A stretch of DNA of 64,000 nt from Armatimonadota bacterium. GTDB lineage: Bacteria; Armatimonadota; UBA5829; DTLH01. Position numbers and translations under genes: made by a program. The notes below the pieces were generated by a model. That model worked only from the letters and a program-made list of their open reading frames with translations. It was not told the DNA's origin and searched no databases. This document shows positions 1-11,798 of this stretch, in pieces (position 1 is the stretch's first letter; every line of letters begins with the position of its first letter). Where the stretch lies: contig JBBRAE010000007.1 of the NCBI GenBank assembly GCA_038207085.1, positions 64,655 through 128,654 on the forward strand, given 5' to 3'.

Positions 1-2
1 CC

Positions 3-662
3 CTGGTGGAGTCCACAGTCGGCCTGTCCGATGTAAGAATTATCCGTAACGCGACCAACCAGGGCCACGCGCGTTCCCGAAACGCCGGAATAGAAGCCTC
101 CCAAACTGAACTACTGGCGTTTCTCGACCACGACGACATCTGGAAGGCCGATAAGCTCGAAAGGCAGATACAAAAGCTCGACGCAAGCCCTGACGCGGCT
201 ATGGTCTTCTGCGGTGTAGAAATATTCGGCCCCTGCGCTGGCAGGCTCTCGATAGATCAGTCGAAGATTCCGGAGCGCCCGAGCGTGTTTTGGTTCTGCT
301 ACCACGGAAACCACGTCATCACCGCGACTGCCGCGCTCGTGCGCAAATCGGCACTAATTGAGATTGGCATGTTCGACCCACGATACTCAACAAGCGATGA
401 CTTTGACGCATGGCTCAAGATACTCGAACTTCATCCGATAATCTATATGCCAGACAAGTTGGCGCGCTATCGGCTTCACTCTCAAAACGCCAACTACGGA
501 GTCGACAGATGGAACGACAGCACCCTGCTATTTTCGGTGTTTATCAGTTATTGGAAGAAAGCTCCTCTGCTAATTAAGGTAGGTTTAATCCCAAAACTAG
601 CCAAAAAGCTGATTGGTAAGGTATACTACAGTATGTACCGCCACCGACGATTCAAGGAATGA
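3..662 (+). CDS. Glycosyltransferase family 2 (5' end truncated by window edge)
   Basis: NQGHARSRNAGI...LAFLDHDD (GT2 DxD region); frame is open to the window start. Confidence 0.9.
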   Translation: MVESTVGLSDVRIIRNATNQGHARSRNAGIEASQTELLAFLDHDDIWKADKLERQIQKLDASPDAAMVFCGVEIFGPCAGRLSIDQSKIPERPSVFWFCYHGNHVITATAALVRKSALIEIGMFDPRYSTSDDFDAWLKILELHPIIYMPDKLARYRLHSQNANYGVDRWNDSTLLFSVFISYWKKAPLLIKVGLIPKLAKKLIGKVYYSMYRHRRFKE

Positions 663-794
663 GTGACGCTGATGCGAGGGGACATCGCATGTCAGACATC
701 CCGCCGATGCAGGAAGCATCCTCAGTGGCCGGCTCCTTGTCCCACAGACCGTTCGGGAACAAGTTCCCTCGTTCGGTCGTCACTTATATGGAAC

Positions 795-837
795 CTAACC
801 CGCATTATTCACAAGAAGCGTGAATAATGCGGGCTAA
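795..837. repeat. Dispersed palindromic repeat family, single-hairpin copy
   Basis: CTAACCCGCATTATTCAC-AAGAAGC-GTGAATAATGCGGGCTAA; related to copies at 31796, 36294 and 59612. Confidence 0.75.
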
Positions 838-859
838 TACATCAGTGGTGACTTGAGAT

Positions 860-3800
860 ATGACACGCAGGAGCCTTCTGCACTATGCGTCCACATACGT
901 TGTGATGACAGTGCTGGCGGGGTTAACACTTTTCCCCTCCGTAATACGTGCAGACACGCCTCCTGATACCGTCTCCGTCAGAGTCCCATTCGAAGACCTC
1001 CCCAAGCTTTCAACCGTTCATCCCATCGACAGAATCGACTATGACGCGTTTTCCGTGCTTCATGTGACCCGGCAAGAGCTTAACAAGCTTAAGTCGCTTA
1101 AAGTCCGCACGTCGGAGGAAAACTCAACCGGCGCAATCGGTCTTCCCAAACGCAAACAGGCTTTGTCGACCAGGGAAATGCCCACAAGAGAGGGGCTGAA
1201 CATAGTCCAGCTCGCCGGGCCGGTGAAAACCGAATGGATTCGTGAGATCGAGCAAACCGGGGCGAAGATCGTCTCCTACGTGCCGGACAACTCGTATCTC
1301 CTGTGGCTCAATGCTGCCTCAGTTAGGAATCTCGCCGTAAAACCTTTCATCAGGTGGCGCGCGCCGTATCTTCCCGCGAACAAAGTCAGCGCGAACCTAA
1401 CAGGGGCATCGGGCAAGACTACAATCGCTGTAAGCATATATGACGATGCCAGCGGCTCAACACTTCACTCGATAACAAAGCTCGGGGCATACCTCGTCGC
1501 CGATCCTGACTCACAGATGTACAACGGCATCTCAAGCGCGATCTTCATTGTCGATTGCAAGCTGATCGACAAGATCGCCGCTCTTCCCCACGTTCTTTAC
1601 ATCGACCGCACATCAACGGGTGTAGAGCTCGACGATGAGGTCGCGTGCCAGATCGCCGCTCACAACTACAACACGTCCGGTATCCCTACTGCCAGCCCGA
1701 ACTACAAAGACTGGTTATCAAGCATTGGTTTTGACGGCACGGGAACGACCGTTGCAGTAGTCGACAGCGGCTGCGACACCAATAACACATCGACCATGCA
1801 TCTCGACCTCCGCAGCCGCGTGCAGAGCGTGGTAAAGTACCTTGGCACCGACGACACCGACATTGCCGGGCACGGCACCCACGTGGCGGGAATCATCGCC
1901 GGCACCGCGGCAATCGGAACGACGGACTCCTCGGGTTTCCTCTACGGTCAGGGGGTCGCTCCAGGAAGCAGCCTTGTCATCCAGAACGCATCGGCCACAT
2001 TTTCGGTTTTTCCGCCGGTTAGCTGGGAAGTCATCACTCGTGATGCAACCAGACGCGGCGCGGTGATATCCAACAACAGTTGGTCACGCGACAACACCGT
2101 AAACTCCGGCTATACCAGCGTTTGCGCCACATTCGACGCCCTTGTGCGTGACTCAGATAACGGCACGGCGGGTCTACAGCCGCTTGCTATCGTATTTTCG
2201 ATCGGCAACCAAGGTCCAAACCCTGGCACGGTCGGCGCTCCCAAAGAGGCCAAGAATATTATCACCGTCGGCGCAAGTGAAAACTACCGCCCGGCGAACC
2301 CGCTCGGCAGCTCGTGCAGTGCGTCGAGCAATATCACCGGAGTGGCTGAACTCAGCAGCCGCGGCCCGTGCCTTGACGGCAGAATTGCTCCAACCGTAGT
2401 AGCCCCCGGCACCCAAATCGCTTCAACCGCATCGTCGGTCGCAAACTACACGGGGAACTGCCAGGCCTCAATCGACTCAAATTATGCGTGGATGAGCGGC
2501 ACGTCGATGGCGGCGCCGATGGTCTCCGGAGCGCTTGCTCTTGTGGACCAGTGGTGGCGCTCGGAACATAACAATCAGCACCCTAGCCCGGCGCTTTTCA
2601 AGGCGATCGTCGTCAACAGCGCCGTCGACCTCGCAGGGGGGCCAAACGGACGAGGTGGAACTCTCACCCATATCCCAAACAACGATCAGGGCTGGGGCCG
2701 CCTCGACACTTCGAACGCCATCGCCCCACCGAACACTTTCTATGAAGACCAGACCAACGTTTTTAGCCAGAGCGGACAGATCCGCCGGTACAGGGTGGAG
2801 ACAGTCGACACCAGCAAACCACTCAAGATCTCTCTTGTCTGGACTGACGCCCAGGGGCTCGCTGGTTCCCAGGCGTGGACAAACGATCTAGACCTGGTCG
2901 CCACTAAGTCAGGTAATACCTATCTCGGCAACGTCTTCTCAAACGGCGGGTCGACTACCGGTGGCTCCCGCGACTACAAGAACAACGTCGAATGCATCTA
3001 CGTCCAGAACCCATCGGGAGTGTACGAAATAAGCGTCGTAGCCGCCAACATCGCAGGCGACGCGATCCCCGGCAACTCCATTCCACTTGAGCAGGACTAC
3101 GCGCTGGTCATCCGAAACGGCAGAGTCGGCGGCACGGTCATTGAGCCCTACACCCCTGTTGTATCGTCCACACCCGCAGCGCCTGACCATTACACGGCGA
3201 ATCAGCCAAGTGGCTGGTCGGCGGCGGCTCTTCTGCCTGCTCCGGGAGGTGACAGCAACCTCGCGGTCTATATCGACCCAGGTTTTACATCCTCTCCAGC
3301 TACATCAGACGCTCCCGGCCAGGTGCTCGACTTCATCGCCGTCGACGGCAACAGGCCGGTCCCATCCATTCTGTATCCTCGCGTAAGCTCGGTTTTCGGC
3401 TCATCGGGTTACACTGTTGAGTGGGCCACAAAGACGGGCGATCTAGTTTCGGGGAGCACGGTGTATCAGAGTTTTGGAGCGTCGAACCTTATCAGAATGT
3501 GGGATATCTCGGTTGCGGGGTCAGCGAACTGCGGACTTCGCGTCGAACCGATATCCGGCGACCTAGACCTCGGAATCTGCGTTTTCGGATCGACAGCCGG
3601 TCAGCCTTCTACGTATTATCGGCTGAAATCCGGCGCACTTGCCAGGCTCGACCCTGCGGGGCCCTATACCGTCCAGACGTTGCTCTTCCAACTTCCAGCC
3701 GCTGGGCGTTACGGAGTTGCAGTGTGGAAAAACGGAGGAAGCGGAGACTACAGGGTTCTGTTTGACGACAGCGCGCCGACTTCTCTTGTCGTAACCCCGG

Positions 3801-4315
3801 CGTCGGCTTTCCCCACGAGCATAACCGAGCTTTCGGCGTCCTGGAGCGCATCCGACCCTGAAACCTCCATCATCAAATACGAGTATGCGATCGGCGCCAG
3901 CCCTGGCGCGACCGACGTCGTCGACTGGACGGACGCTGGCCTCGACACCAGTGTGACTCGAAGCGATCTCACTCTCAACTGGGAGGCTGACTACTACTTC
4001 ACCGTTCGGGCAACAAATGGCTTGGGGATGACAACCACGGCCTCAAGCGGCCCAATCAGGCCCGTTCACGGGGTCGAGACGATCAATGCAGCCAAAGCAG
4101 AAAACGACCCGACCATCGTGAAACTCACCGGCAAGAGCGTCACTGCGATCTACTCGGATCGGTTCTACATCGAAGAGACCAACAGGTCCGGTGGAATCAG
4201 GGTCAAGGGGATTTCGCCTGTGTCGGAGGGCCAAAAAGTAACCGTAGTCGGCCCGATCAAGACCGACTACGACGGCGAGCGATATATCGACCCGATCGAC
4301 ATAAAGATCTACTAA
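860..4315 (+). CDS. Secreted S8 (subtilisin-like) serine protease with C-terminal accessory domains
   Basis: Signal peptide; catalytic triad motifs VAVVDSG, GHGTHVAG, SGTSMAAP. Confidence 0.95.
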   Translation: MTRRSLLHYASTYVVMTVLAGLTLFPSVIRADTPPDTVSVRVPFEDLPKLSTVHPIDRIDYDAFSVLHVTRQELNKLKSLKVRTSEENSTGAIGLPKRKQALSTREMPTREGLNIVQLAGPVKTEWIREIEQTGAKIVSYVPDNSYLLWLNAASVRNLAVKPFIRWRAPYLPANKVSANLTGASGKTTIAVSIYDDASGSTLHSITKLGAYLVADPDSQMYNGISSAIFIVDCKLIDKIAALPHVLYIDRTSTGVELDDEVACQIAAHNYNTSGIPTASPNYKDWLSSIGFDGTGTTVAVVDSGCDTNNTSTMHLDLRSRVQSVVKYLGTDDTDIAGHGTHVAGIIAGTAAIGTTDSSGFLYGQGVAPGSSLVIQNASATFSVFPPVSWEVITRDATRRGAVISNNSWSRDNTVNSGYTSVCATFDALVRDSDNGTAGLQPLAIVFSIGNQGPNPGTVGAPKEAKNIITVGASENYRPANPLGSSCSASSNITGVAELSSRGPCLDGRIAPTVVAPGTQIASTASSVANYTGNCQASIDSNYAWMSGTSMAAPMVSGALALVDQWWRSEHNNQHPSPALFKAIVVNSAVDLAGGPNGRGGTLTHIPNNDQGWGRLDTSNAIAPPNTFYEDQTNVFSQSGQIRRYRVETVDTSKPLKISLVWTDAQGLAGSQAWTNDLDLVATKSGNTYLGNVFSNGGSTTGGSRDYKNNVECIYVQNPSGVYEISVVAANIAGDAIPGNSIPLEQDYALVIRNGRVGGTVIEPYTPVVSSTPAAPDHYTANQPSGWSAAALLPAPGGDSNLAVYIDPGFTSSPATSDAPGQVLDFIAVDGNRPVPSILYPRVSSVFGSSGYTVEWATKTGDLVSGSTVYQSFGASNLIRMWDISVAGSANCGLRVEPISGDLDLGICVFGSTAGQPSTYYRLKSGALARLDPAGPYTVQTLLFQLPAAGRYGVAVWKNGGSGDYRVLFDDSAPTSLVVTPASAFPTSITELSASWSASDPETSIIKYEYAIGASPGATDVVDWTDAGLDTSVTRSDLTLNWEADYYFTVRATNGLGMTTTASSGPIRPVHGVETINAAKAENDPTIVKLTGKSVTAIYSDRFYIEETNRSGGIRVKGISPVSEGQKVTVVGPIKTDYDGERYIDPIDIKIY

Positions 4316-5223
4316 AGCGGCATCCCGAAGAGCATCACGTCGAGCTCATCGCCAGCGTCAATCGCCTCCGTCCTCTCAGGAACGACTACCAGACAGTTCG
4401 CTTCGACCATATCCTTCATAGATCCACGCCCAAGCGTCCTCACGGCAAGGTGTCCGGCGACAAACGCTGCGACTCCGGGGAGAAACCCTCTGCGCTCCCA
4501 CCCCCAGCCAAGGCTCTCCGCGACCACTGCTCGCGCTTTCGTGTGCGCCCCGTAACGCCGCCCGAGCATCGCGACAAGAGCAGGCCGCACGCAGAGCTCA
4601 AAAGCAACCATCGCGCCGACTGGCTCCCCAGAAAGCACGAACACCGGCTTTCCGCCAAGCAGAGCAAAAGCGGTATCCGTACCGGGATCGATCGGCAACC
4701 CATCGAAAACAATCTCAGCCGACTCCCGAATCACTTCGCGCACGCAGTCGCGCTTGCCGTTTAGTGCACCACCTGCAACGACGATCAGGTCGCTCATCCG
4801 CGCGGTGTGAAGCGCCCTTCGGACCGATTCGACACTGTCTCCGGCGTGTGGAAGCTTGCCAAGATCGCAATCAGACGAAAACACGCGCCCAGCGAGGCTG
4901 TAGCGGTTTATATTTCGGAACTTGCCGTCTTCAACGGTTTCCAGGACATCGACAAACTCATCGCCCGTCGTGACAATCGACACCCTAGGCCGCCTGTGCA
5001 CGAGAATCCCCGCGCGACCGATCTCGGCGAGCATCCCCATCTCGGCTGCGCCAATCACCACACCGCGCTCGATCAAGACACGTCCGTCTTCCGAGACGAT
5101 TTCCTCGGCCAGAGTCCGTCCGGCGGTGTTTATGACCCCGGCCTTCTCAGTCTCTACCGTATGAACCGCCGAAACAATCGCCGATGTGGCGTCATCAAGT
5201 GAAATCAGGCTCTCTGTAAGCAT
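4312..5223 (-). CDS. moeA: MoeA/gephyrin-like molybdopterin protein, internally shortened
   Basis: GRTLAEEI, RRPRVSIVTTGDE and C-terminal ANCLVVVP motifs; 303 aa; no SAMDGYA segment. Confidence 0.7.
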   Translation of the reverse strand: MLTESLISLDDATSAIVSAVHTVETEKAGVINTAGRTLAEEIVSEDGRVLIERGVVIGAAEMGMLAEIGRAGILVHRRPRVSIVTTGDEFVDVLETVEDGKFRNINRYSLAGRVFSSDCDLGKLPHAGDSVESVRRALHTARMSDLIVVAGGALNGKRDCVREVIRESAEIVFDGLPIDPGTDTAFALLGGKPVFVLSGEPVGAMVAFELCVRPALVAMLGRRYGAHTKARAVVAESLGWGWERRGFLPGVAAFVAGHLAVRTLGRGSMKDMVEANCLVVVPERTEAIDAGDELDVMLFGMPL

Positions 5224-5304
5224 TCCAGTGTCCCCGCAATTTTGATTTTACAAGTATACCACACAACTCCTTTACTGATTATTTTGATTTTTATCCAATA
5301 GCAC

Positions 5305-5334
5305 TTGAAAACAGGGCTCCATAATGCGTATAAT
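5305..5334 (+). promoter_or_regulatory. Sigma70-type promoter of groESL
   Basis: TTGAAA-18 nt-TATAAT directly upstream of the CIRCE element. Confidence 0.7.
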
Positions 5335-5342
5335 CATACGGG

Positions 5343-5369
5343 TTAGCACTCAAACTGTTCGAGTGCTAA
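5343..5369 (+). promoter_or_regulatory. CIRCE element (HrcA operator)
   Basis: Perfect TTAGCACTC-N9-GAGTGCTAA upstream of groES. Confidence 0.97.
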
Positions 5370-5410
5370 CAAACCAGCTCTTACATACTTCACAGGAGGT
5401 GTATAGCAAC

Positions 5411-7350
<1,940 letters not shown>

Positions 7351-7371
7351 ACCGTTCGATAAAGAAACCAC

Positions 7372-7398
7372 AGGGGCGTCTTCGGACGCCCCTTTTTT
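7372..7398 (+). terminator. Intrinsic terminator of groESL
   Basis: AGGGGCGTC-TTCG-GACGCCCCT followed by a T run. Confidence 0.9.
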
Positions 7399-7434
7399 GT
7401 TGACCCCAGAGCCAAATACCAGGATAATATTGAA

Positions 7435-8589
7435 GTGAACAACGCCCGAGCAACCGAACCCTCAAAACTCTGGAATGCCGACTTCGTCCTGCTGTCGGTG
7501 TCGGCGCTCTTGTTCTACCTCAGCTTCTACCTGCTGCTTTCCGTACTGCCCGGCTATGTGAAGGAAATCGGCGGTGGAGCGCAGTCGGTTGGCTTTGTAA
7601 TGGGGGCATTCGCGCTTTCCTCGCTTGCCTGCCGCCCTATCATCGGACATTTGGTAGACAGAACCAGCAAGCGCCGCCTCGTAATTCTTGGGACAATAAT
7701 CTTCACCGGCGCTCCCCTGCTCTACTGGTACGCTCACTCGATGCCCGCGCTTATCGCTGTAAGAATTCTCCACGGCGCAGGGATCGCTCTGTTCACCACC
7801 GCAAGCACGACGATGGTAGCCGACCTTACGCCATCTGCACAAAGGGGTGAGGCGATGGGGATATTCGGCACGACGGCGAACATCGCTCTTGGCGTCGGCC
7901 CCTGGCTTGGAACCGCGCTCGTTTCCGGCAGCGGTTTCTTCGGTCTGTTCATAGCCGCTGCAATCATCGCAGCGGGGTCTGTGGTGACCGCCACACCGGT
8001 GAGAGACACCGCAAGGCTGCTTCACGCGCCTCAGCCGATTCGAGGCCTCAGTTCGCTCTTCAGCACCGAGGTGCTTGTTCCGTCAATCGGCATACTCGCG
8101 GTGATGCTAACCTACGCCCCGCTAATCACATTTCTGCCGCTCTACGCAGGCTACAAGACCGCGAGCCTCTTCTTTCTCATATACGCGATCACAGTAACCC
8201 TCGCACGCTCCATTGCCGGGAGGCTCTCGGACACCCATGGGCGGCGCGCGGTCATCCTGCCGGGGATCATCATAATGGCGGGAAGTATGGCGATCATCGC
8301 GCTGGTGCATGGGACAGTGGGGGTCATCATCTGCGCGGTCACTTACGCCCTTGGGATGGCGCTCGCCCAGCCCGCCCTCTATGCGATGGCGGTCGACCTC
8401 GTCACCCACAGCAGGCGTGGTGTCGCAATGGGGACATTCACCGCAGGCTTTGAGCTGGGAATCGGAGCCGGGGCGATAGCCGGAGGAGGGCTCGTCACGT
8501 CCGTCGGCTATGCCCCGATGTTTCTGATCGCGGGCGGAATCTGCGCCGCCTCTGCGATTCTGTTCGTGAAGAGGCAACCAGCGGGCTAG
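7435..8589 (+). CDS. MFS transporter
   Basis: About 12 hydrophobic segments; motif A-like GHLVDRTSKRR and GRLSDTHGRR. Confidence 0.9.
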   Translation: MNNARATEPSKLWNADFVLLSVSALLFYLSFYLLLSVLPGYVKEIGGGAQSVGFVMGAFALSSLACRPIIGHLVDRTSKRRLVILGTIIFTGAPLLYWYAHSMPALIAVRILHGAGIALFTTASTTMVADLTPSAQRGEAMGIFGTTANIALGVGPWLGTALVSGSGFFGLFIAAAIIAAGSVVTATPVRDTARLLHAPQPIRGLSSLFSTEVLVPSIGILAVMLTYAPLITFLPLYAGYKTASLFFLIYAITVTLARSIAGRLSDTHGRRAVILPGIIIMAGSMAIIALVHGTVGVIICAVTYALGMALAQPALYAMAVDLVTHSRRGVAMGTFTAGFELGIGAGAIAGGGLVTSVGYAPMFLIAGGICAASAILFVKRQPAG

Positions 8590-8825
8590 CCAAAGTGCCC
8601 GGAGTTAACCTCAATATAGGTCTTCCAGCGATCAGGCACTTTCTGTGCGGGAAAGATCGCGCTCACCGGGCAGACCGGTTCGCACGCGCCGCAGTCGATG
8701 CACTCATCGGGATTAATAAAGTACTGGTCCGAACCCTCGTCGGTATATATGCAATCGACGGGGCAGATGCGCGAGCACGCCCCCTCGTTGCTCAGCTTAC
8801 AAGGCTCACAGATGACATAAGTCAT
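8586..8825 (-). CDS. Ferredoxin (dicluster, 7Fe-like)
   Basis: CEPC...CSRICPVDC...CIDCGACEPVCP; GGAGGA RBS. Confidence 0.9.
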   Translation of the reverse strand: MTYVICEPCKLSNEGACSRICPVDCIYTDEGSDQYFINPDECIDCGACEPVCPVSAIFPAQKVPDRWKTYIEVNSGHFG

Positions 8826-8849
8826 TCGCCGACAGTTCCTCCAATTCGT

Positions 8850-8955
8850 ATCAACGGCGCTATCCGCGCCGTCTCTTAAAGGCTGGCGTTATGCGCCACC
8901 GGATCAACGGCGCTATCCGCGCCGTCTCTTAAAGGCTGGCGTTATGCGCCACCGG
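8850..8955. repeat. Perfect 53-bp tandem duplication; each unit holds two hairpins
   Basis: ATCAACGGCGCTATCCGCGCCGTCTCTTAAAGGCTGGCGTTATGCGCCACCGG at 8850-8902 and 8903-8955. Confidence 0.95.
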
Positions 8956-9135
8956 GTTCTGCAATCTCTTCGTGTACCCAATACGGATGAGCGACAAAAC
9001 ATGATTCCCTAGTGGGTCACTTGGCATGAAATCAGCCATTGTTGGGTTGTTGGGTGGCGATTTCCGAATCGTCACCCCCCAAGCTAAGACGGGATTTCCG
9101 AATCCCGAATGGCGTAATGCATGGCAATTGACCCA

Positions 9136-10296
9136 CTAGTACTGAACATCCACCCAGGTCTTCTTATCAGAGGACTCAAGCACGGCCTCGACCAGGGCGA
9201 TCTCCGCGTGGCCGTCGGCAAACGTTGGGAAGTCGGGCTTCTCACTTCGGAAGTCTTTACCGCTCAGGACGAACCCGTAGAAGCTCGCCATAAAGTTCTT
9301 CAGGCCATCGGGATATCCCTCGGGGTGACCGCCGGGATAAGTCGTATTGGCGCGCGCTGCGCTTGAGAGGATGGATGGGTCGCGCATCAACATCTGATTT
9401 GCGCCGTCGCGCCGCCCGATCCACAACCGCTCCACATCCTCCTGATCGAACGCATACGCCTCGGTCTCGCAGTCGATCTCATAGTAGAGCCTGTTCTTGC
9501 GCCCGGGGGAGACCTGGCAGACGGTAAACGTCCCGCGCGCGCCGCCGTCCATTTCAAAGAGCACCGTGCCATAGTCTTCGGTCGAGATCGACACCGGCTC
9601 GTAGTCCTCGGGGCTGAGCTCTTTGCCCGCGTAGGTCTCTATCGCCTTCTTAGGCTTCATCCGTGCCTTGTGTATCACCGCAAGGTCTGCGAAGACCCGC
9701 GTGAACTTCTGCCCTGTGAGAAACGCGATAAGATCGCACCAGTGGCTGCCAATATCGGCAACAGCGCGCGACTTTCCGCCAAACTCAGGCTCTATCCGCC
9801 AGTTGTAGTCGGTCGCAAGGAGCAGCCAGTCCTGAAGGTAGCTTCCTGTGATAACCTTGGGGCTCCCCGCTTCACCCGATGCGATCCTTGCCCGCACCTC
9901 CTGGTTTAGCGCATAGAACCTGTAGTTGAAGTTAACTGCGTTTGCCACTCCCGCCTCCGCGGCAAGACGAACGAGTTCTGCAGACTCATCCGAATTCATT
10001 GCAAGCGGCTTTTCACAGATCACTGCCTTGCCCGCCGAGATCGCCTCTTTTGCGAACTCGTAGTGCGTGGTGTTTGGAGTGCAGATGTGAACAACCTTGA
10101 TATCAGGGTCAGCAAGAAGCTCACGATAGTCCCCGTAGGCCTTCGGGATCGAAAGCGCCGCCGCTTTTGCCTCGGCAAGCTCTTGGTTCGCCTCCGCAAC
10201 CGCCGCTATTTCCACATAGCCCAGCCTGCGAACAGCATCGATATGCGCCGGGCCTATAAACCCGGTTCCGATGATACCGGACTTGATTTTTACCAT
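9136..10296 (-). CDS. Gfo/Idh/MocA family oxidoreductase
   Basis: GIIGTGFIG, CEKP, DIGSH; start moved to ATG 10296, which has a GGGAGGA RBS. Confidence 0.9.
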   Translation of the reverse strand: MVKIKSGIIGTGFIGPAHIDAVRRLGYVEIAAVAEANQELAEAKAAALSIPKAYGDYRELLADPDIKVVHICTPNTTHYEFAKEAISAGKAVICEKPLAMNSDESAELVRLAAEAGVANAVNFNYRFYALNQEVRARIASGEAGSPKVITGSYLQDWLLLATDYNWRIEPEFGGKSRAVADIGSHWCDLIAFLTGQKFTRVFADLAVIHKARMKPKKAIETYAGKELSPEDYEPVSISTEDYGTVLFEMDGGARGTFTVCQVSPGRKNRLYYEIDCETEAYAFDQEDVERLWIGRRDGANQMLMRDPSILSSAARANTTYPGGHPEGYPDGLKNFMASFYGFVLSGKDFRSEKPDFPTFADGHAEIALVEAVLESSDKKTWVDVQY

Positions 10297-10499
10297 AATG
10301 TCCTCCCAGTATTGTTTTAAACCAAGGTATACGTTCGCCGTTTGCTCCCTATCAACCTCCAACTCCCGGTAATGTTACTAGAATTTCAGTTTGCCGACCC
10401 ACTTTTGCGGATATATTGTCAATTGCCGCAGGAATTATCACGGTGAGTAGCGAAATAGAACATGAAGTCCGTTAACCGCTTAAAGGGGCAGGCAGAATT

Positions 10500-11747
10500 A
10501 TGCGCAGCGCTACAAAATATAATCCACGAATTCTTACGCCTTATAGCCCGGATGATCTTGCAGCTGAAATTGAGCTGGTGGGGGCTCACGAAGCCGGCAT
10601 CCACAGAATGCTTCCAAAGAGCCAGCACTACGTCATGAAACTCCACGCGGTAACTTCTGCAGTTGCACACGTGCTCAAGGAATCGTTCCTTGCATCCGGA
10701 GGTGACGCAGCCATCAGCCGCAAGATGATGACGGACCGCACCGAGGAAACTACCGACGCCATTTTGATCGGCAGCCGAAAGCATTTCAGCAACGCAGCAA
10801 GAGCGATCAGCCACGAAGAGATCGGTGGCCCCGAGCTTGCGTCCGAGATCGAAGGCGCAATCGCGGTCTACGAGTCCGGCCCACTCGTCCCTCCGCCGGA
10901 CGTTCCCATGGACCCTGATGTCCGCTGGATGCTCGACAGCCTTCTTGAGCGCACGCTGATTATGGGGATACTGAACATCACCCCTGACTCCTTCTCAGAC
11001 GGTGGCAAGTTTCTGAAACCCCAGATTGCAGTCAGACAGGCAATGCAGATGATCGAAGACGGCGCGGACATCATCGATATCGGTGGCGAGTCCACCCGCC
11101 CGGGAAGTGAGCCGGTCTCAGCCAAAGAAGAGATGCGACGCATCATCCCGGTGATCAAAGAACTCTCAGATAACATCGACCGCCCGATCTCAGTCGACAC
11201 CTACAAAGCCGAAACCGCACTTGCCGCAATTGAAGCAGGCGCCGCCATCATCAATGACATCAGCGGAATGTCGTTTGACCCGGACATGCGCCACGTTGCA
11301 GCCGAGAAGAAGTGCCCTATTATCCTAACCCACATCAAGGGTGAACCCCGCAACATGCAGCAGAACCCCACCTATACAGACGTAATGGGCGATATTCACG
11401 CCTACTTGCGTGAACGGATCGCTGATGCAGTGGAGGCCGGAGTCGATCAACACATGATAATCGTCGACCCAGGAATCGGGTTCGGTAAGACGGTCGAACA
11501 CAACCTCACCATTCTGCGCAGGCTAAGGGAGCTTCAAGGTATTGGGCGTCCTGTGCTTGTGGGGGTTTCGCGTAAGGCTACGATCGGTCACCTGCTTGAC
11601 GGAGCGCCTCCTGAGGAGCGAATCGAAGGCACGGCAGCCGCCGTCACTCTTTCCATCGCCGGCGGCGCGCACATCGTCCGAGTGCACGACGTAAAAGAGA
11701 TGGCCCGGGTGGCGAAAGTAACCGACGCGATAGTCCGCCACGGCTGA
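10500..11747 (+). CDS. folP: Dihydropteroate synthase with N-terminal extension
   Basis: MGILNITPDSFSDGG, GGESTRPG, DPGIGFGK, SRK, RVHDV. Confidence 0.95.
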   Translation: MRSATKYNPRILTPYSPDDLAAEIELVGAHEAGIHRMLPKSQHYVMKLHAVTSAVAHVLKESFLASGGDAAISRKMMTDRTEETTDAILIGSRKHFSNAARAISHEEIGGPELASEIEGAIAVYESGPLVPPPDVPMDPDVRWMLDSLLERTLIMGILNITPDSFSDGGKFLKPQIAVRQAMQMIEDGADIIDIGGESTRPGSEPVSAKEEMRRIIPVIKELSDNIDRPISVDTYKAETALAAIEAGAAIINDISGMSFDPDMRHVAAEKKCPIILTHIKGEPRNMQQNPTYTDVMGDIHAYLRERIADAVEAGVDQHMIIVDPGIGFGKTVEHNLTILRRLRELQGIGRPVLVGVSRKATIGHLLDGAPPEERIEGTAAAVTLSIAGGAHIVRVHDVKEMARVAKVTDAIVRHG

Positions 11748-11798
11748 TCGTGCGAAACTCGACCGCAGTTCCAAACGTGTCCAGAGCCGCCAAGTAGC

